Shown piece after piece: positions 38,421 to 48,492 of a DNA stretch of 64,000 nucleotides. Within the stretch, counting starts at the first letter, position 1, and each line of letters opens with the position of its first letter. The notes under the pieces were generated by a model that searched no databases, was not told where the DNA came from, and saw nothing but the letters and a program-made list of their open reading frames with translations. The stretch is from a phage. The DNA lies in sequence record PZ445487.1, one strand, 5' to 3'. The translations under genes were made by a program, and so were the position numbers.

Positions 38421-38903
38421 CTAGACGGAAGCGGTTAATATGCTGTATGATAAAATCCATAGAGTTTTGAAAACTGTATTTCCCTGATGCTCATATGCAT
38501 GAATAAGGGGAAGACGGCTGTGGGCCAATTGGAATCTCAACTTGGATGGCATTGTCAGCAATTTTTGACTCGTCGCTGCGATAATGTCTCGTTTAAATTT
38601 GGGATCATCAGGGGACAATACAACGATGCGTGACTTGGCCAGGGTTTGTCCAAATTGCTTGGCGTCGTTCCCGTAAAGACTACGCAAGTCGTCGTGGCGA
38701 TATTTTAGCCAATACCAGTAGCCTTCTATTGAGTTGAAATTACCATCAACAGTATCCATGGGATGGTATGCAAAATGGGAAAGGAATCTGCCTAGTTCTG
38801 TGCGACTTCGACTGTATATGTTGTAATGGGTCTTACCTTCACTATCCGGCGTCATACGTTCTTTTGGAACATTGAGTAATGGGAGCATGATATAGGGTCT
38901 CAA
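38421..38903 (-). CDS. NADAR-like (YbiA/DUF1768-like) domain protein
   Basis: YSRSRTELGRFLSHFAY and NSIEGYWYWLKY resemble NADAR FSNF and E-x-Y-x-x-x-K motifs; tentative. Confidence 0.3.
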   Translation of the reverse strand: MRPYIMLPLLNVPKERMTPDSEGKTHYNIYSRSRTELGRFLSHFAYHPMDTVDGNFNSIEGYWYWLKYRHDDLRSLYGNDAKQFGQTLAKSRIVVLSPDDPKFKRDIIAATSQKLLTMPSKLRFQLAHSRLPLIHAYEHQGNTVFKTLWILSYSILTASV

Positions 38904-38929
38904 ATCAAAATTGCTGTGTGTGTGTTAAA

Positions 38930-39121
38930 TCAGATCTTTTTGTACGCTTTCAAAGCACTAATAACCGAGACGCCGCCAAATAGAACTAACAATATGAATC
39001 GTTCCATCCTGAAATCAGGAAGGGAAAGCAGTCCCACAAGGCTGTCTAAAGCAATCATGAACGTTACTCCAGTCAGCATGCCCAACTTAAAGGAGTTGGA
39101 ACCTCTTTTGCAACGTAGCAT
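38930..39121 (-). CDS. small membrane protein (2 TM)
   Basis: 63-aa ORF with GGAGGTGA RBS filling gap 38904-39167. Confidence 0.45.
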   Translation of the reverse strand: MLRCKRGSNSFKLGMLTGVTFMIALDSLVGLLSLPDFRMERFILLVLFGGVSVISALKAYKKI

Positions 39122-39167
39122 AAATCACCTCCGATTCAAATGGGGAGTTCTCTCCCCACACAGATAT

Positions 39168-39677
39168 CTAGCCCAGAAACACTACTAAAGTCAAATTTGT
39201 GAGACTGGTCCGAGCATCCTGCAACATTTCACGGGCAGCGGCTAAACGTTTTACATCATGTAGAGTGTCAGAGAACACGATTATGTTAGCCTTATCGATC
39301 CTGGTCCCCATGAAATGGGTGATTGTCGTCGTGCTCTCTTTCTTGTCGACATCAGGGATAAGTAATTCTTCGCCCGTCTGAGGGTTGCGGGAAGGATAGA
39401 AGAATGCATCACGTTCACGAGAAGTATGGAAGACGCCAAACACATATGCGTCGTTTTCGACCTGAAACTTTTTAGAAAGTAGTTTCTTCAGAGCGGCTGT
39501 ATGTCCGGTCTGGCGGAGCATTCTGTAGTAGAGCATGTTGCCGGAGCAAATAGGGTCTATCACTCCCCTAATTTGACGTTCCTTTTGTATCTCATACGCA
39601 TCTGCCACAAGCTGCTGGATCATATCGACATGGGCATTCATGGAGATTTCTATTTTACGTTTGATCATAGATTGCAT
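39168..39677 (-). CDS. hypothetical protein
   Basis: 169-aa ORF. Confidence 0.4.
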   Translation of the reverse strand: MQSMIKRKIEISMNAHVDMIQQLVADAYEIQKERQIRGVIDPICSGNMLYYRMLRQTGHTAALKKLLSKKFQVENDAYVFGVFHTSRERDAFFYPSRNPQTGEELLIPDVDKKESTTTITHFMGTRIDKANIIVFSDTLHDVKRLAAAREMLQDARTSLTNLTLVVFLG

Positions 39678-39764
39678 TTGGTATATCCTCAGTTAGGTTC
39701 CGCTCATGGGGAACGGGTCCATTATACACCCAATGCTGGAAATGAAAAAGAGGCCGAAGCCTCT

Positions 39765-39986
39765 TTAATCGTCGTATTGGCCTGTCCTGAAATTCCATTT
39801 TCGCGCCTTGGATAAATCCAAATCTTTGAAAATGCTGCCAAAGATCTTTTTAAAATCAGACTCTTCTTCAAGATCTTTTGGTTTTTTGACAGGCTCCTTA
39901 ACCATACCGCCTTCGGGTTTCCCCACATCGGCGGTCGTGGTTGCCGGAGCAGAAGAGTCTTCAAGGAAATCCTGGAAGCTCTTCAT
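39765..39986 (-). CDS. small acidic/basic protein
   Basis: 73-aa ORF. Confidence 0.3.
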   Translation of the reverse strand: MKSFQDFLEDSSAPATTTADVGKPEGGMVKEPVKKPKDLEEESDFKKIFGSIFKDLDLSKARKWNFRTGQYDD

Positions 39987-39989
39987 AAA

Positions 39990-40799
39990 TTACACCACAG
40001 CCATTTCACAACGAGTAGACGTGACAGAATGGCCATCTGCATCAGAAACAACACACCAATATTCGCCTTCATTTGCGGCTTCAACTGCTGTGATAACCAG
40101 GTTAGCAGTGGCGGCGGTGGCATTAGTGCCAGCATCGATAACTGACCCCGCACCCCCAGGAGTATCAGAGAAATGCCACACATAAGTGTATGGAGTTGTA
40201 CCGCCCGCAGCAACAACACTAAAGGTTCCGTCTTGTCCAGAAGTCACGTCTTTGGTGGCAGGTAAATCAGTCGACAGCGATAGAGCGCCTGCAACTGTAA
40301 TAACCGTAGAATCTGTGTGATTCCCTTCAACCGTGACACCATAAACCGTTACAGTTCCTGAAGCCAGCAATTTGAATTTACCACCACCGACATGTACAGC
40401 TTTCGTAATATCACCAGAATACCAATTAACGCCTTGATATGTGGCATTGGCAGGGGATACCGTCGCTAGCAATTCAACAAATTGTCCGATCTCTCCGCTG
40501 GCTGTAGCTGGAGTAATCACAAGTCCGGTGGTTAAAATAGCATTCGGATCGTGGATTTCATAAGATACTTGAAAGCCGATAGGCTTGGTGGGATCCACTT
40601 TGGTGACACCGTCCGCTTGTAAATTGCTCTTGGTGAGCAGAGCGTCAAGACCTTTACATTCGGTCAGGATCTCATCAGGATCTTGGTTGAGGCTGGTCTT
40701 TTGCCAACCCTTTGCAACACCCGTCACGACATGATTGCGTTCGGTTTCGGGTTTGTTGCGGACAACTTCCGGTGCGACTAATACTGTGATTGTTGGCAT
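39990..40799 (-). CDS. Ig-like domain protein
   Basis: beta-rich T/S/G/V composition with Ig-type YWCVVSD motif near C-terminus; ATG with GGAGG RBS. Confidence 0.5.
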   Translation of the reverse strand: MPTITVLVAPEVVRNKPETERNHVVTGVAKGWQKTSLNQDPDEILTECKGLDALLTKSNLQADGVTKVDPTKPIGFQVSYEIHDPNAILTTGLVITPATASGEIGQFVELLATVSPANATYQGVNWYSGDITKAVHVGGGKFKLLASGTVTVYGVTVEGNHTDSTVITVAGALSLSTDLPATKDVTSGQDGTFSVVAAGGTTPYTYVWHFSDTPGGAGSVIDAGTNATAATANLVITAVEAANEGEYWCVVSDADGHSVTSTRCEMAVV

Positions 40800-41170
40800 G
40801 GTTTCCTCCACTCATCCAAATCGTTGTTCAGAGCCATCATCAGCTCATTATCTGGTTCGTATGAACCGGAACATAAATCATCTCGCCAAACTCCTAACGT
40901 CAACAGCGCTGCTTTAAGACGAGGATGTTGGTTCTTATCCGTTTTCAACACCAACATTCGGCACACGGCTTCGGTTTCAAAGGTATTGAAAAGAATAATC
41001 AATTGATTGATAAGTACTCGAGGACTTTTCCCTGGCACAAATCTTTTCAATGATTGATTAATTAGCGAAATTCGCTGAATGTCTACCATCAAATCATCTC
41101 TTGAGACACCAGGGGTGATATAATGTCTTAGAGCGTACTCCATCAAATTGCTTTCGTCAACGATAGCCAT
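40778..41170 (-). CDS. hypothetical protein
   Basis: 130-aa ORF. Confidence 0.4.
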   Translation of the reverse strand: MAIVDESNLMEYALRHYITPGVSRDDLMVDIQRISLINQSLKRFVPGKSPRVLINQLIILFNTFETEAVCRMLVLKTDKNQHPRLKAALLTLGVWRDDLCSGSYEPDNELMMALNNDLDEWRKPCQQSQY

Positions 41171-41202
41171 ATTGAATTATAATCAGCAGTTATACACTGG
41201 GA

Positions 41203-41616
41203 TTATTTAATCTGCAGTTTTTCAGCCAATTGCGAGATTATTTCATTACGGTCAGTCGCGTCGATACCCAGGGGTTCCGCAAGTGTTTTAAGATCATTGA
41301 TATCGAGCAAAAGAAGAACTTCAACTGTAATATCGGTTGATACCACAGTACCTGGTTTCATCGGCTTACCGAATTTATCTAACCCATAACGGCGCAAAGT
41401 TCCGGCAAGTCCGGTGAGTTCCTCTAGAAGCTCCTTAGAGCCGTCTTTATATTCACACACCCAACCGTAGTCACCAGCGTAGACAATACCGCCGTCGCCG
41501 CCCTGAGGCACGTTATCCACCACGCGTTGCAGATAACTGGGAAGTTTATTTTCTTCCTGTGCAGTGATTTCTTGGATGGTTTGGGTGTTTTCAATTTTCT
41601 TTTGTGTCTTCGCCAT
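41203..41616 (-). CDS. hypothetical protein
   Basis: trimmed to ATG with GGAGA RBS (MAKTQKKIE). Confidence 0.4.
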   Translation of the reverse strand: MAKTQKKIENTQTIQEITAQEENKLPSYLQRVVDNVPQGGDGGIVYAGDYGWVCEYKDGSKELLEELTGLAGTLRRYGLDKFGKPMKPGTVVSTDITVEVLLLLDINDLKTLAEPLGIDATDRNEIISQLAEKLQIK

Positions 41617-41890
41617 GATCAGTTCTCCTATAGACTGTAATATATTTACCACAACAATTGCAGCAATAAACATGCATGGAATATCCGTCGTCGTTAAAGT
41701 CACAGCCGCCACAACGACAAAATAATTTCACGAACTGGTCGCCTATGACTTCTCTCGGAGGAAAATTCCTGAACGAGTATTCCTTGAGTTCTCCATCAAA
41801 TTGGAATGAATCAACAAGGAACTTTGTTTTTCGGCGCAGTGATCCAAATGCCTGTTGCTCATACACGAAGTAAACATCTCTGGTTTCCAT
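41591..41890 (-). CDS. zinc-finger protein
   Basis: CRCGGCDF...CCNCCGKY cysteine pairs. Confidence 0.35.
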   Translation of the reverse strand: METRDVYFVYEQQAFGSLRRKTKFLVDSFQFDGELKEYSFRNFPPREVIGDQFVKLFCRCGGCDFNDDGYSMHVYCCNCCGKYITVYRRTDHGEDTKEN

Positions 41891-41894
41891 ATCG

Positions 41895-41925
41895 ACCTCA
41901 AAGAAAAGGAGGCCGAAGCCCCCTC
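41895..41925 (-). terminator. putative terminator after rIIB-like gene
   Basis: GGAGGCCGAAGCCCCC hairpin flanked by T-runs on both strands; approximate. Confidence 0.4.
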
Positions 41926-41943
41926 TTTTATGTCAGTTCGCGG

Positions 41944-43527
41944 TTACTTGTATAGACCTTCAACATCAATGGATTTATGTTGGCGGTTGTATTCCGTGGT
42001 GTAATCGTCTAATACCAGATATTCACAGCAGCGGATTTTACTGGAGCCATAATCATCAGTGATAGACACGATATCTTTCGGGTTCAGTTTGCAACGGACA
42101 ACGCGTTGTCCCAGGCTACCAAAACATTGTTTCAGATAAGCCAGAGAACAAACGTGAAGACCGTAAGAGCACAGATCTTTGTTGTTATCGTTCACGAATG
42201 AGCGAGCCATCCGAACAATGGTGCCAGGAGCATTACTAACTTTTCCTGTGCGCTTGTCCATGTAGTTACCGCGAACGGATTTATACAGAATGATATCACC
42301 GTCTTCATGAATTTCGATATCCGAATATGCCATGAATTCATAGATTCGACCGGACTGAACCAGCGCGGCGCTCGGGTTTTGGAACATTTTGTCCAGGAAA
42401 CGACCCAAGCGTTCCAAGTTCGGATAATCGCCTTTTAATGCCAAAGCCAAAATGCGTTTGGCAACGGAAGTTCCGGTGATATCATAGCCACCCCAGCGAA
42501 CACGATTGTCTGAAAGGTCAACCATGCCTGTGGTGAATTGTTTGATGGCTTCACGCGGTTTCATCAGAGTGTACGCTGTTTTGACGTCACGATTTTTAAT
42601 CGCTTCAACAATACGGTCATACGCCTGGTGGCTCGTTGTGATCGTTTCCGGTTTACCATCAACCACGATCACGATACTTTCCGGCAAAATCATGATCTGG
42701 TGTTCGTTCAGGAACACAGACAGATCTTTTTCATTAAATGAATTCTGAGTTTGCTTGTCGCCTGTTTCTCCAACAACTGCAACAGTCTTGACCACGAATA
42801 ATACGGATGACAATGCCAGACGAAGTGTACGGCCTAAAATTACATCAAAGTAACCCACGCGCCGACGGGCATCAAGGGAACCGCGCATCGGGTATGTTTC
42901 GCCGTCATGTTGTACACTGATTACCACGCCATCATTGACTTTGGTAACGCCATCAACCAGTGCTGTCGCCAATTCGGCCAACGGCGAAATATTTTCTTCA
43001 TTGAAGCGGCTTGACCGAGTTTCTAACGGTTTCAGTTCTTCGCTTCTGAAAAGTTTGGCCTGAATAGCAGCAGAGCTATCGTAACGCATACAGATAAACA
43101 CTGTTTGGTTTTCCAGGAAACGGCCAACATACCATTCTTCGCCTTCAGAATCGACAGACACCGAACCTTCCAGAACTTCATAGGTGTCGGGGATTTTCCC
43201 TTCTTCAGTCAATTCTTTAATTGGCGAAATCACGACCACGTTATTAGATTCTTTGATGATACGAACCATCAGGGCGCGGGCAATTGTTTTGGCACTGACG
43301 CCATAAACTGATGCCAGAGAAGAATTGCTTTCACCTTTGCTGCTCTTGGTTTGTATTTCTTGAATCTGTTCAGTGGTCAGAGACTTAATCGAAGCTGGAT
43401 CCACTCCCAGTTCTTTATCCGACACGCGTTGTATCATTGAGCGCGGTACGCCCAATTCACTGGCTATTGAACTTTGACTTCTGTTCTCATTCAACAGCTT
43501 GAGAATACGTTTTTCTATAGCATTCAT
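41944..43527 (-). CDS. probable rIIB-like protein
   Basis: 527-aa ORF immediately downstream of rIIA; assignment by synteny, N-terminal HTH-like segment. Confidence 0.45.
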   Translation of the reverse strand: MNAIEKRILKLLNENRSQSSIASELGVPRSMIQRVSDKELGVDPASIKSLTTEQIQEIQTKSSKGESNSSLASVYGVSAKTIARALMVRIIKESNNVVVISPIKELTEEGKIPDTYEVLEGSVSVDSEGEEWYVGRFLENQTVFICMRYDSSAAIQAKLFRSEELKPLETRSSRFNEENISPLAELATALVDGVTKVNDGVVISVQHDGETYPMRGSLDARRRVGYFDVILGRTLRLALSSVLFVVKTVAVVGETGDKQTQNSFNEKDLSVFLNEHQIMILPESIVIVVDGKPETITTSHQAYDRIVEAIKNRDVKTAYTLMKPREAIKQFTTGMVDLSDNRVRWGGYDITGTSVAKRILALALKGDYPNLERLGRFLDKMFQNPSAALVQSGRIYEFMAYSDIEIHEDGDIILYKSVRGNYMDKRTGKVSNAPGTIVRMARSFVNDNNKDLCSYGLHVCSLAYLKQCFGSLGQRVVRCKLNPKDIVSITDDYGSSKIRCCEYLVLDDYTTEYNRQHKSIDVEGLYK

Positions 43528-43559
43528 CTTGTAGTTCTCACTGTGGGGTAATGGGGCTA

Positions 43560-46301
43560 TTATGCCCCGAGAATACGTTTTGAAATAGCCTTCACAAATC
43601 TAGTGGCATCTTCAATCGCGTTGTGTGCCGAAGGCTGATATGTTGACATCATGAATTTCACCAAACGATGACATTCAACTCGGTATCGGTTTTTGGCCTT
43701 TTGCTTTTGAGATATAGTGCTAGTGACCTTTATCTCATCAAATCCTTCAGCAGTTAATTTTTCATTCAATAAATCAACAACTTGAGTTAACTGGTTACAG
43801 GCGCGGAAAAATCTCGTAGTTGAGAAAGGCATTTCTATATGATAATGTAATTCCTCAACAGCCTTGCGGAAATAACCGTACCCCGATCCAGACGGATTTC
43901 GTTTGGCCAGCATACGAACAATCTTCCATTCTTCTTCAGTGATTTGTTGTTTCGCATAACTGATGATTGCTTTTGCCCTGTGTTGATGATGGGCATAGCC
44001 ATCCGTAACTTTTCCATGGGAATCAATCAACAGCTTGGCACCATAATCAATGCGATGAGACATGATGTTTATGCCCTTGCGAAGTTTCAGGAGTTTCTTA
44101 GATTCAAGCGCCTGAAATTCATCTTTATAATGCTCAAGCAACATATCAAACACTGCGTCAATGGGGATGAATACTTCTGGGAATTTCTTCATCATCGGAA
44201 CAGATTTACGACGCGCAAGAACGATTGTTGGATGTGCTCCCAGCAAATCAAACAGGTTTTCGTTTCCATTCTCGCCGAACTTCGTTCTTTCCATCGCTTC
44301 ACGCAAATGTCCAGCCGCGGATTGTCGTAAGGTATTACCATGAATTTTATGGATACCTTCTCGGCCAGATACTTCGATATATACGATCTTTTTGCCCGAA
44401 TCAATAATATCTGAAACGGTTTTTCCATCTAATTCATAAACGCGGTCGAAGTTAAATGAATTGTAATGGAAACTAAACATCCCAGGATCTTTTTCAACGG
44501 TCGGGCGAACATATTCCATTTCATGCATGAAATAGACTTCATCCGGATTGAATAAATCGCCAAAGACCTCGATCAGTTTATCGGCAAAGACCAGGTAGTC
44601 CGGCGTTGTTTCTTGTACACCGATCCATGATTCAAAATAAGACTTCAATTCCTCATGGTTGGTAAATGATTCTTTATGTGCCGCCAGCTGATTCCGATTA
44701 CTGAAATAATTTTCATTCGGTTTGACGACGATAACGACATTGAAGTTATTGCGTGCTGTTTGTATCTTCAGGTTTCGAGCACGATTCGAGTTATCAATAA
44801 TAACAGCAATTTTTGATTTAGATTTCAACCAATTTCCGACAGAGTTCACATAAATGCTGTCGTGTACTACACCGTTGTCGTGTACTTCAATTTCGTAAGG
44901 ACTACCAATAGACCGGAAAGGTGCATCCAAAGAGTAATCGCGCACGACGTCCGGCGCTCCGATATAACGGAACGTGCCTTTGTAGAAACGGTTATCTGCA
45001 GGAAATTCCCGTTCGACCAATTTACGGAAACCACTACCGAACATATCAGTCAGCTGAGTCTTTTTCATATACAACATAAGAGGACCCATAGATTCGGCCT
45101 GGCGAAGTTCATACATCTTCGCCTGCATAATATTGTCAGCCACATGCTTGAACACGCGGTTCAGGCTTTCACGGGTGAACTCGTCATATGACAAGTCTTC
45201 ACGTGATGGAGGAACATTCAATTCTCCAAGTTCGAAGAAGGTATAGGAACTCGGGAATTTTTCCAGCACGGTGCATATTTCAGAGTCCAATTGGTCGAGA
45301 TCTATCGGGTAAGAAACCCCGCCCATGACAGCATAGTGGATGTTGTCGGAATCTAACTTCGGTTGGATATATGTGTTGCCTACACGGTTTTCGAAGTTGA
45401 TGTCAGACCAACGGAAAGAATAACTGGCGTTTTCAACCTTCGGTCGCATTGAAGGTCGCATCACTCGACCCAAACGGACCAACTCTTGTTCAAAGGCGGT
45501 AAAACGCTGATTCTTTACAGGAACTTTAACAGTCAGGCCGTTGAACTCATCAGTGTCCTCCGGTTTAGGATCACGGGTATCTAAATCCTTGGTAATGAGA
45601 TCCACAGTTGGGATTCTGTCCGCATTCAGATACATCAGGAAACGATACAGTTTCCCTTCATAGCGACTTTCTACTGTAAATGAATCAGATACAGCAAATG
45701 GGGATTTAGAACCTAGCCCAAACGCCCCTATTTGCCCGTCGTCGTCCTCTTTTGTACTATGGAAGAGTGTTGTATACAAACCAGGTCCACGAATGATCTC
45801 GCCATCCTCAGCGCGGAATACCAGTACCCCATTATAATAACCAGGTGTACCAATAACAGCAGTGCTATCAGGGATTTCGTCTTCCTTCACGACGATATTA
45901 CCTTCAACCAGCACTTCATCTTCACGCGCTGTAATAGGCTCGCCGATGATCATTTCTAATGGAAGACCAACCCCATAATCTTTAATTTCCAGCCAGGGTT
46001 CCATAACATCCGGTAAATGTACAACAACAGGAGTTCCCTTGGGGGCAAGATGTTTGCTGTATCGTTGAGGCATAGGAGTGAGAGGAGCATAATGCGATGG
46101 CATCCAGCGTTGTTGGCGATCACGCATATTATGTGAGTCTATACCATTACACAACGTCTCACGCAAAGACGCCGCCTCTTTATATTTGTAGAGACTTGAA
46201 AATAATGTTTCAAATAATTTATCCGTCATCTTGACATTGAATGTCTGTCCGACGATGGTAGAAGAAGAGCGCACGAAATGCTCGGACTTGCGCATTTTCA
46301 T
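43560..46301 (-). CDS. rIIA: rIIA-like protein (GHKL ATPase domain)
   Basis: 913 aa; N-terminal histidine-kinase-like ATPase motifs (LCNGIDSH; G-rich GAFGLGSKS); AGGAA RBS. Confidence 0.65.
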   Translation of the reverse strand: MKMRKSEHFVRSSSTIVGQTFNVKMTDKLFETLFSSLYKYKEAASLRETLCNGIDSHNMRDRQQRWMPSHYAPLTPMPQRYSKHLAPKGTPVVVHLPDVMEPWLEIKDYGVGLPLEMIIGEPITAREDEVLVEGNIVVKEDEIPDSTAVIGTPGYYNGVLVFRAEDGEIIRGPGLYTTLFHSTKEDDDGQIGAFGLGSKSPFAVSDSFTVESRYEGKLYRFLMYLNADRIPTVDLITKDLDTRDPKPEDTDEFNGLTVKVPVKNQRFTAFEQELVRLGRVMRPSMRPKVENASYSFRWSDINFENRVGNTYIQPKLDSDNIHYAVMGGVSYPIDLDQLDSEICTVLEKFPSSYTFFELGELNVPPSREDLSYDEFTRESLNRVFKHVADNIMQAKMYELRQAESMGPLMLYMKKTQLTDMFGSGFRKLVEREFPADNRFYKGTFRYIGAPDVVRDYSLDAPFRSIGSPYEIEVHDNGVVHDSIYVNSVGNWLKSKSKIAVIIDNSNRARNLKIQTARNNFNVVIVVKPNENYFSNRNQLAAHKESFTNHEELKSYFESWIGVQETTPDYLVFADKLIEVFGDLFNPDEVYFMHEMEYVRPTVEKDPGMFSFHYNSFNFDRVYELDGKTVSDIIDSGKKIVYIEVSGREGIHKIHGNTLRQSAAGHLREAMERTKFGENGNENLFDLLGAHPTIVLARRKSVPMMKKFPEVFIPIDAVFDMLLEHYKDEFQALESKKLLKLRKGINIMSHRIDYGAKLLIDSHGKVTDGYAHHQHRAKAIISYAKQQITEEEWKIVRMLAKRNPSGSGYGYFRKAVEELHYHIEMPFSTTRFFRACNQLTQVVDLLNEKLTAEGFDEIKVTSTISQKQKAKNRYRVECHRLVKFMMSTYQPSAHNAIEDATRFVKAISKRILGA

Positions 46302-46408
46302 AGTATAGAATTCCTGTTCAGATCAAAGAAGAACACATTATTGGGTAAGGTTATGATACTGGCGGGTGGTTCAATAGAAAAGCCTCCAATCGGAGGCTTT
46401 AATCAGGA

Positions 46409-46762
46409 TTAACTTCCCTGAACGTTTACAACGGTGGCGTTGAAATTGAATATCGGGTGGGTGGCACCTGGCTCTAACGTCTCTTCCAGATAACCCACAA
46501 TATTGCGTGTCACAGATTTCGGCTCTGCGCGGGAAGGCTTCGTTGCGCCGAGGTCAATAATGCTCGAAGTGACTTGTTCAACCTGAGTGTGATTGACAAC
46601 AAAATGATAACGACTACCGAAGGCCGCAACTTCAACTTCTGTTATTTCTAAACCACTCAATTCAGAGCTGTTCAACTGCTTCACATTCAATTGAGAGCGG
46701 AGGTGCTCTACAATATTGCTGTAAACATATTGTGGTGTGATCAGCTGTTCAATAGAACTCAT
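46409..46762 (-). CDS. hypothetical protein
   Basis: 117-aa ORF. Confidence 0.4.
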   Translation of the reverse strand: MSSIEQLITPQYVYSNIVEHLRSQLNVKQLNSSELSGLEITEVEVAAFGSRYHFVVNHTQVEQVTSSIIDLGATKPSRAEPKSVTRNIVGYLEETLEPGATHPIFNFNATVVNVQGS

Positions 46763-46931
46763 GACATATCCTCATTTCTTTGGGGGTTTATTGTTACTTA
46801 AACGGATCACCTCTGCTCGAAGGAAGAGGATTTCATCGGCCATCATTTTACCTTCTTGAAACATAACATGACATCGTGATGATCTGGGTTCACCTTCCGA
46901 TAATGCGTAAAGGCGATATTCGGGGATGACA

Positions 46932-47138
46932 TCATTTACGGCGTTTCTTTTTGTTCTTTCCATGGGTCTTGGCCTTTTTAGGACGACTGACGGAAGGACG
47001 AGCATGCCCAGGTTCCCCAGGGGTACACCCTTGTGCATAACGATGATCATCCCAGAGACGACCATTATGCGTCATATCTTCAGCCATGGCGGACAAAGCA
47101 AGGGTTGCTACAGCCGCAGCAGATAATGGTTTAGACAT
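46932..47138 (-). CDS. small secreted-like protein with polybasic C-terminus
   Basis: AAAGGAGAAACAA RBS before ATG (MSKPLSAAAVATLALSAMA signal-like N-terminus; tail KKAKTHGKNKKKRRK). Confidence 0.45.
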   Translation of the reverse strand: MSKPLSAAAVATLALSAMAEDMTHNGRLWDDHRYAQGCTPGEPGHARPSVSRPKKAKTHGKNKKKRRK

Positions 47139-47577
47139 TTGTTTCTCCTTTTGCTGCATACGACAGAGCTTTTACGATCATAACAGCCAAACCGATAGGA
47201 TCGTATGCATTGTCGAATTCTTGTTCTATGTTCTGACGAATTTCATCAGAAGATTGTACTTCAGAGCAGTTCTTACTCTGTCTGCGTTGCTCTTGCTCGA
47301 CTAGATCTTTGAACAGAAGGTCTTTGAAAGAATACTCATCGAAGTTTTCAAGATACCGTTGGATGCTTGGTTGTTTTACATCCATCGTTTGACGCAAATT
47401 GCTAATAGTTGAACTTGCCTGTTCGCGGTGTTTGTTCATAACAGCAAAGTTAACGGGCTTGCCCCAAGCATTCATCACTGGATTAGAGCATACTTGGCCA
47501 AAGAGATCTTGGAAGGCATCATCCATGTGGATCAACGCAGTGGCCAATTCCTCATAAGTCGGTTTTTGAGTAGTCAT
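47131..47577 (-). CDS. hypothetical protein
   Basis: 148-aa ORF. Confidence 0.4.
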   Translation of the reverse strand: MTTQKPTYEELATALIHMDDAFQDLFGQVCSNPVMNAWGKPVNFAVMNKHREQASSTISNLRQTMDVKQPSIQRYLENFDEYSFKDLLFKDLVEQEQRRQSKNCSEVQSSDEIRQNIEQEFDNAYDPIGLAVMIVKALSYAAKGETNV

Positions 47578-47951
47578 TTTCGTTTACTCCGATTTTTATA
47601 TTTCTTAGCCTGACGTTTATGTTGGGCGGCTCCATATAGGCGCGGCGGCTTTTGATAACGTTGTGACGCAATTATGTCTCTGTCATCGGCTTCACAATAC
47701 GAAATATCTGCCTTCCGTAACTGAGCCACCGCTTGAGATACCAAGGTTTTGCGTTCACTTTCTACCAGATCATCACAAATTATCATGCGTTCACCTGGTT
47801 CACAACAACGTTTAGGAATATCGTCTACACTGATACATTCTACTTCAACACCTTTCAACTTTTCTTGAAGGATAATGGCCATAGTCCGAGCGCCGATTCC
47901 TCCTCCAATAATCGCTATCTTTCTTGTCTTGTCTGTCATGTTCTTGCCCAT
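47574..47951 (-). CDS. hypothetical protein with Rossmann-like GGGIG motif
   Basis: KIAIIGGGIGA dinucleotide-binding-like motif; track start 47969 is TTG inside a hairpin, ATG at 47951 or 47939 more likely. Confidence 0.4.
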   Translation of the reverse strand: MGKNMTDKTRKIAIIGGGIGARTMAIILQEKLKGVEVECISVDDIPKRCCEPGERMIICDDLVESERKTLVSQAVAQLRKADISYCEADDRDIIASQRYQKPPRLYGAAQHKRQAKKYKNRSKRK

Positions 47952-47956
47952 GAAAA

Positions 47957-47994
47957 GGGGATAGAGCAATAATACCCTATCCCCATTTATTGAA
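47957..47994 (-). promoter_or_regulatory. composite terminator/promoter element (TTCAAT N14 TATTAT in hairpin loop, T-run)
   Basis: minus orientation TTCTTCAATAAATGGGGATAGGGTATTATTGCTCTATCCCCTTTTC; approximate. Confidence 0.5.
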
Positions 47995-48000
47995 GAACTA

Positions 48001-48492
48001 TTAGTCTTCCGAACCTACAACCCCACCACGCAGATCCTGTGCTGGCTTACCATCAGGTGCCATGACATAGATGGTATTGATAGTCTCAAACCAAGACAAT
48101 AAATCAACTCCTTCGGTGTATGGCGTTACCGGAACAGAAGTTTTGATTTCTTTCTGTTCATCCTTCAAATCCGGATGACTTCCCGATAGGGTTAACCAAG
48201 CGAATCTTCCATTGGGATAAATAATGCCTTCTTTGAACATTACAATCTTTTTGCGAGGATTATTGGCTTCACCCAGGCACACCACCAGATGATGGATCAT
48301 TTCGGGGCGCGTCAACAACGTGTCATCTTTGATAATGCCCTGCTTGACAGCAGAGATTACCACTTCATCCAGCAACGCCTGTTGCTGTTCCAGCGTCAGA
48401 GATTCGGTTAGTTTCACGCTCATAAGATCAGCCTTTGAAGTTAATCGGAGTCTGGACACCAGAGTCAAATGCGGCCTGGGTGCGGGTGTCAC
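48001..48492 (-). CDS. hypothetical protein
   Basis: 163-aa ORF. Confidence 0.4.
   Translation of the reverse strand: MTPAPRPHLTLVSRLRLTSKADLMSVKLTESLTLEQQQALLDEVVISAVKQGIIKDDTLLTRPEMIHHLVVCLGEANNPRKKIVMFKEGIIYPNGRFAWLTLSGSHPDLKDEQKEIKTSVPVTPYTEGVDLLSWFETINTIYVMAPDGKPAQDLRGGVVGSED

Noticed and set aside
46772-47065. 97-aa ORF overlapping the small secreted-like gene 46932-47138
   Set aside because: Overlaps a better-supported gene (strong RBS) in another frame; only a short 3-prime part (from about 46864) could be independent, and it lacks a clear RBS
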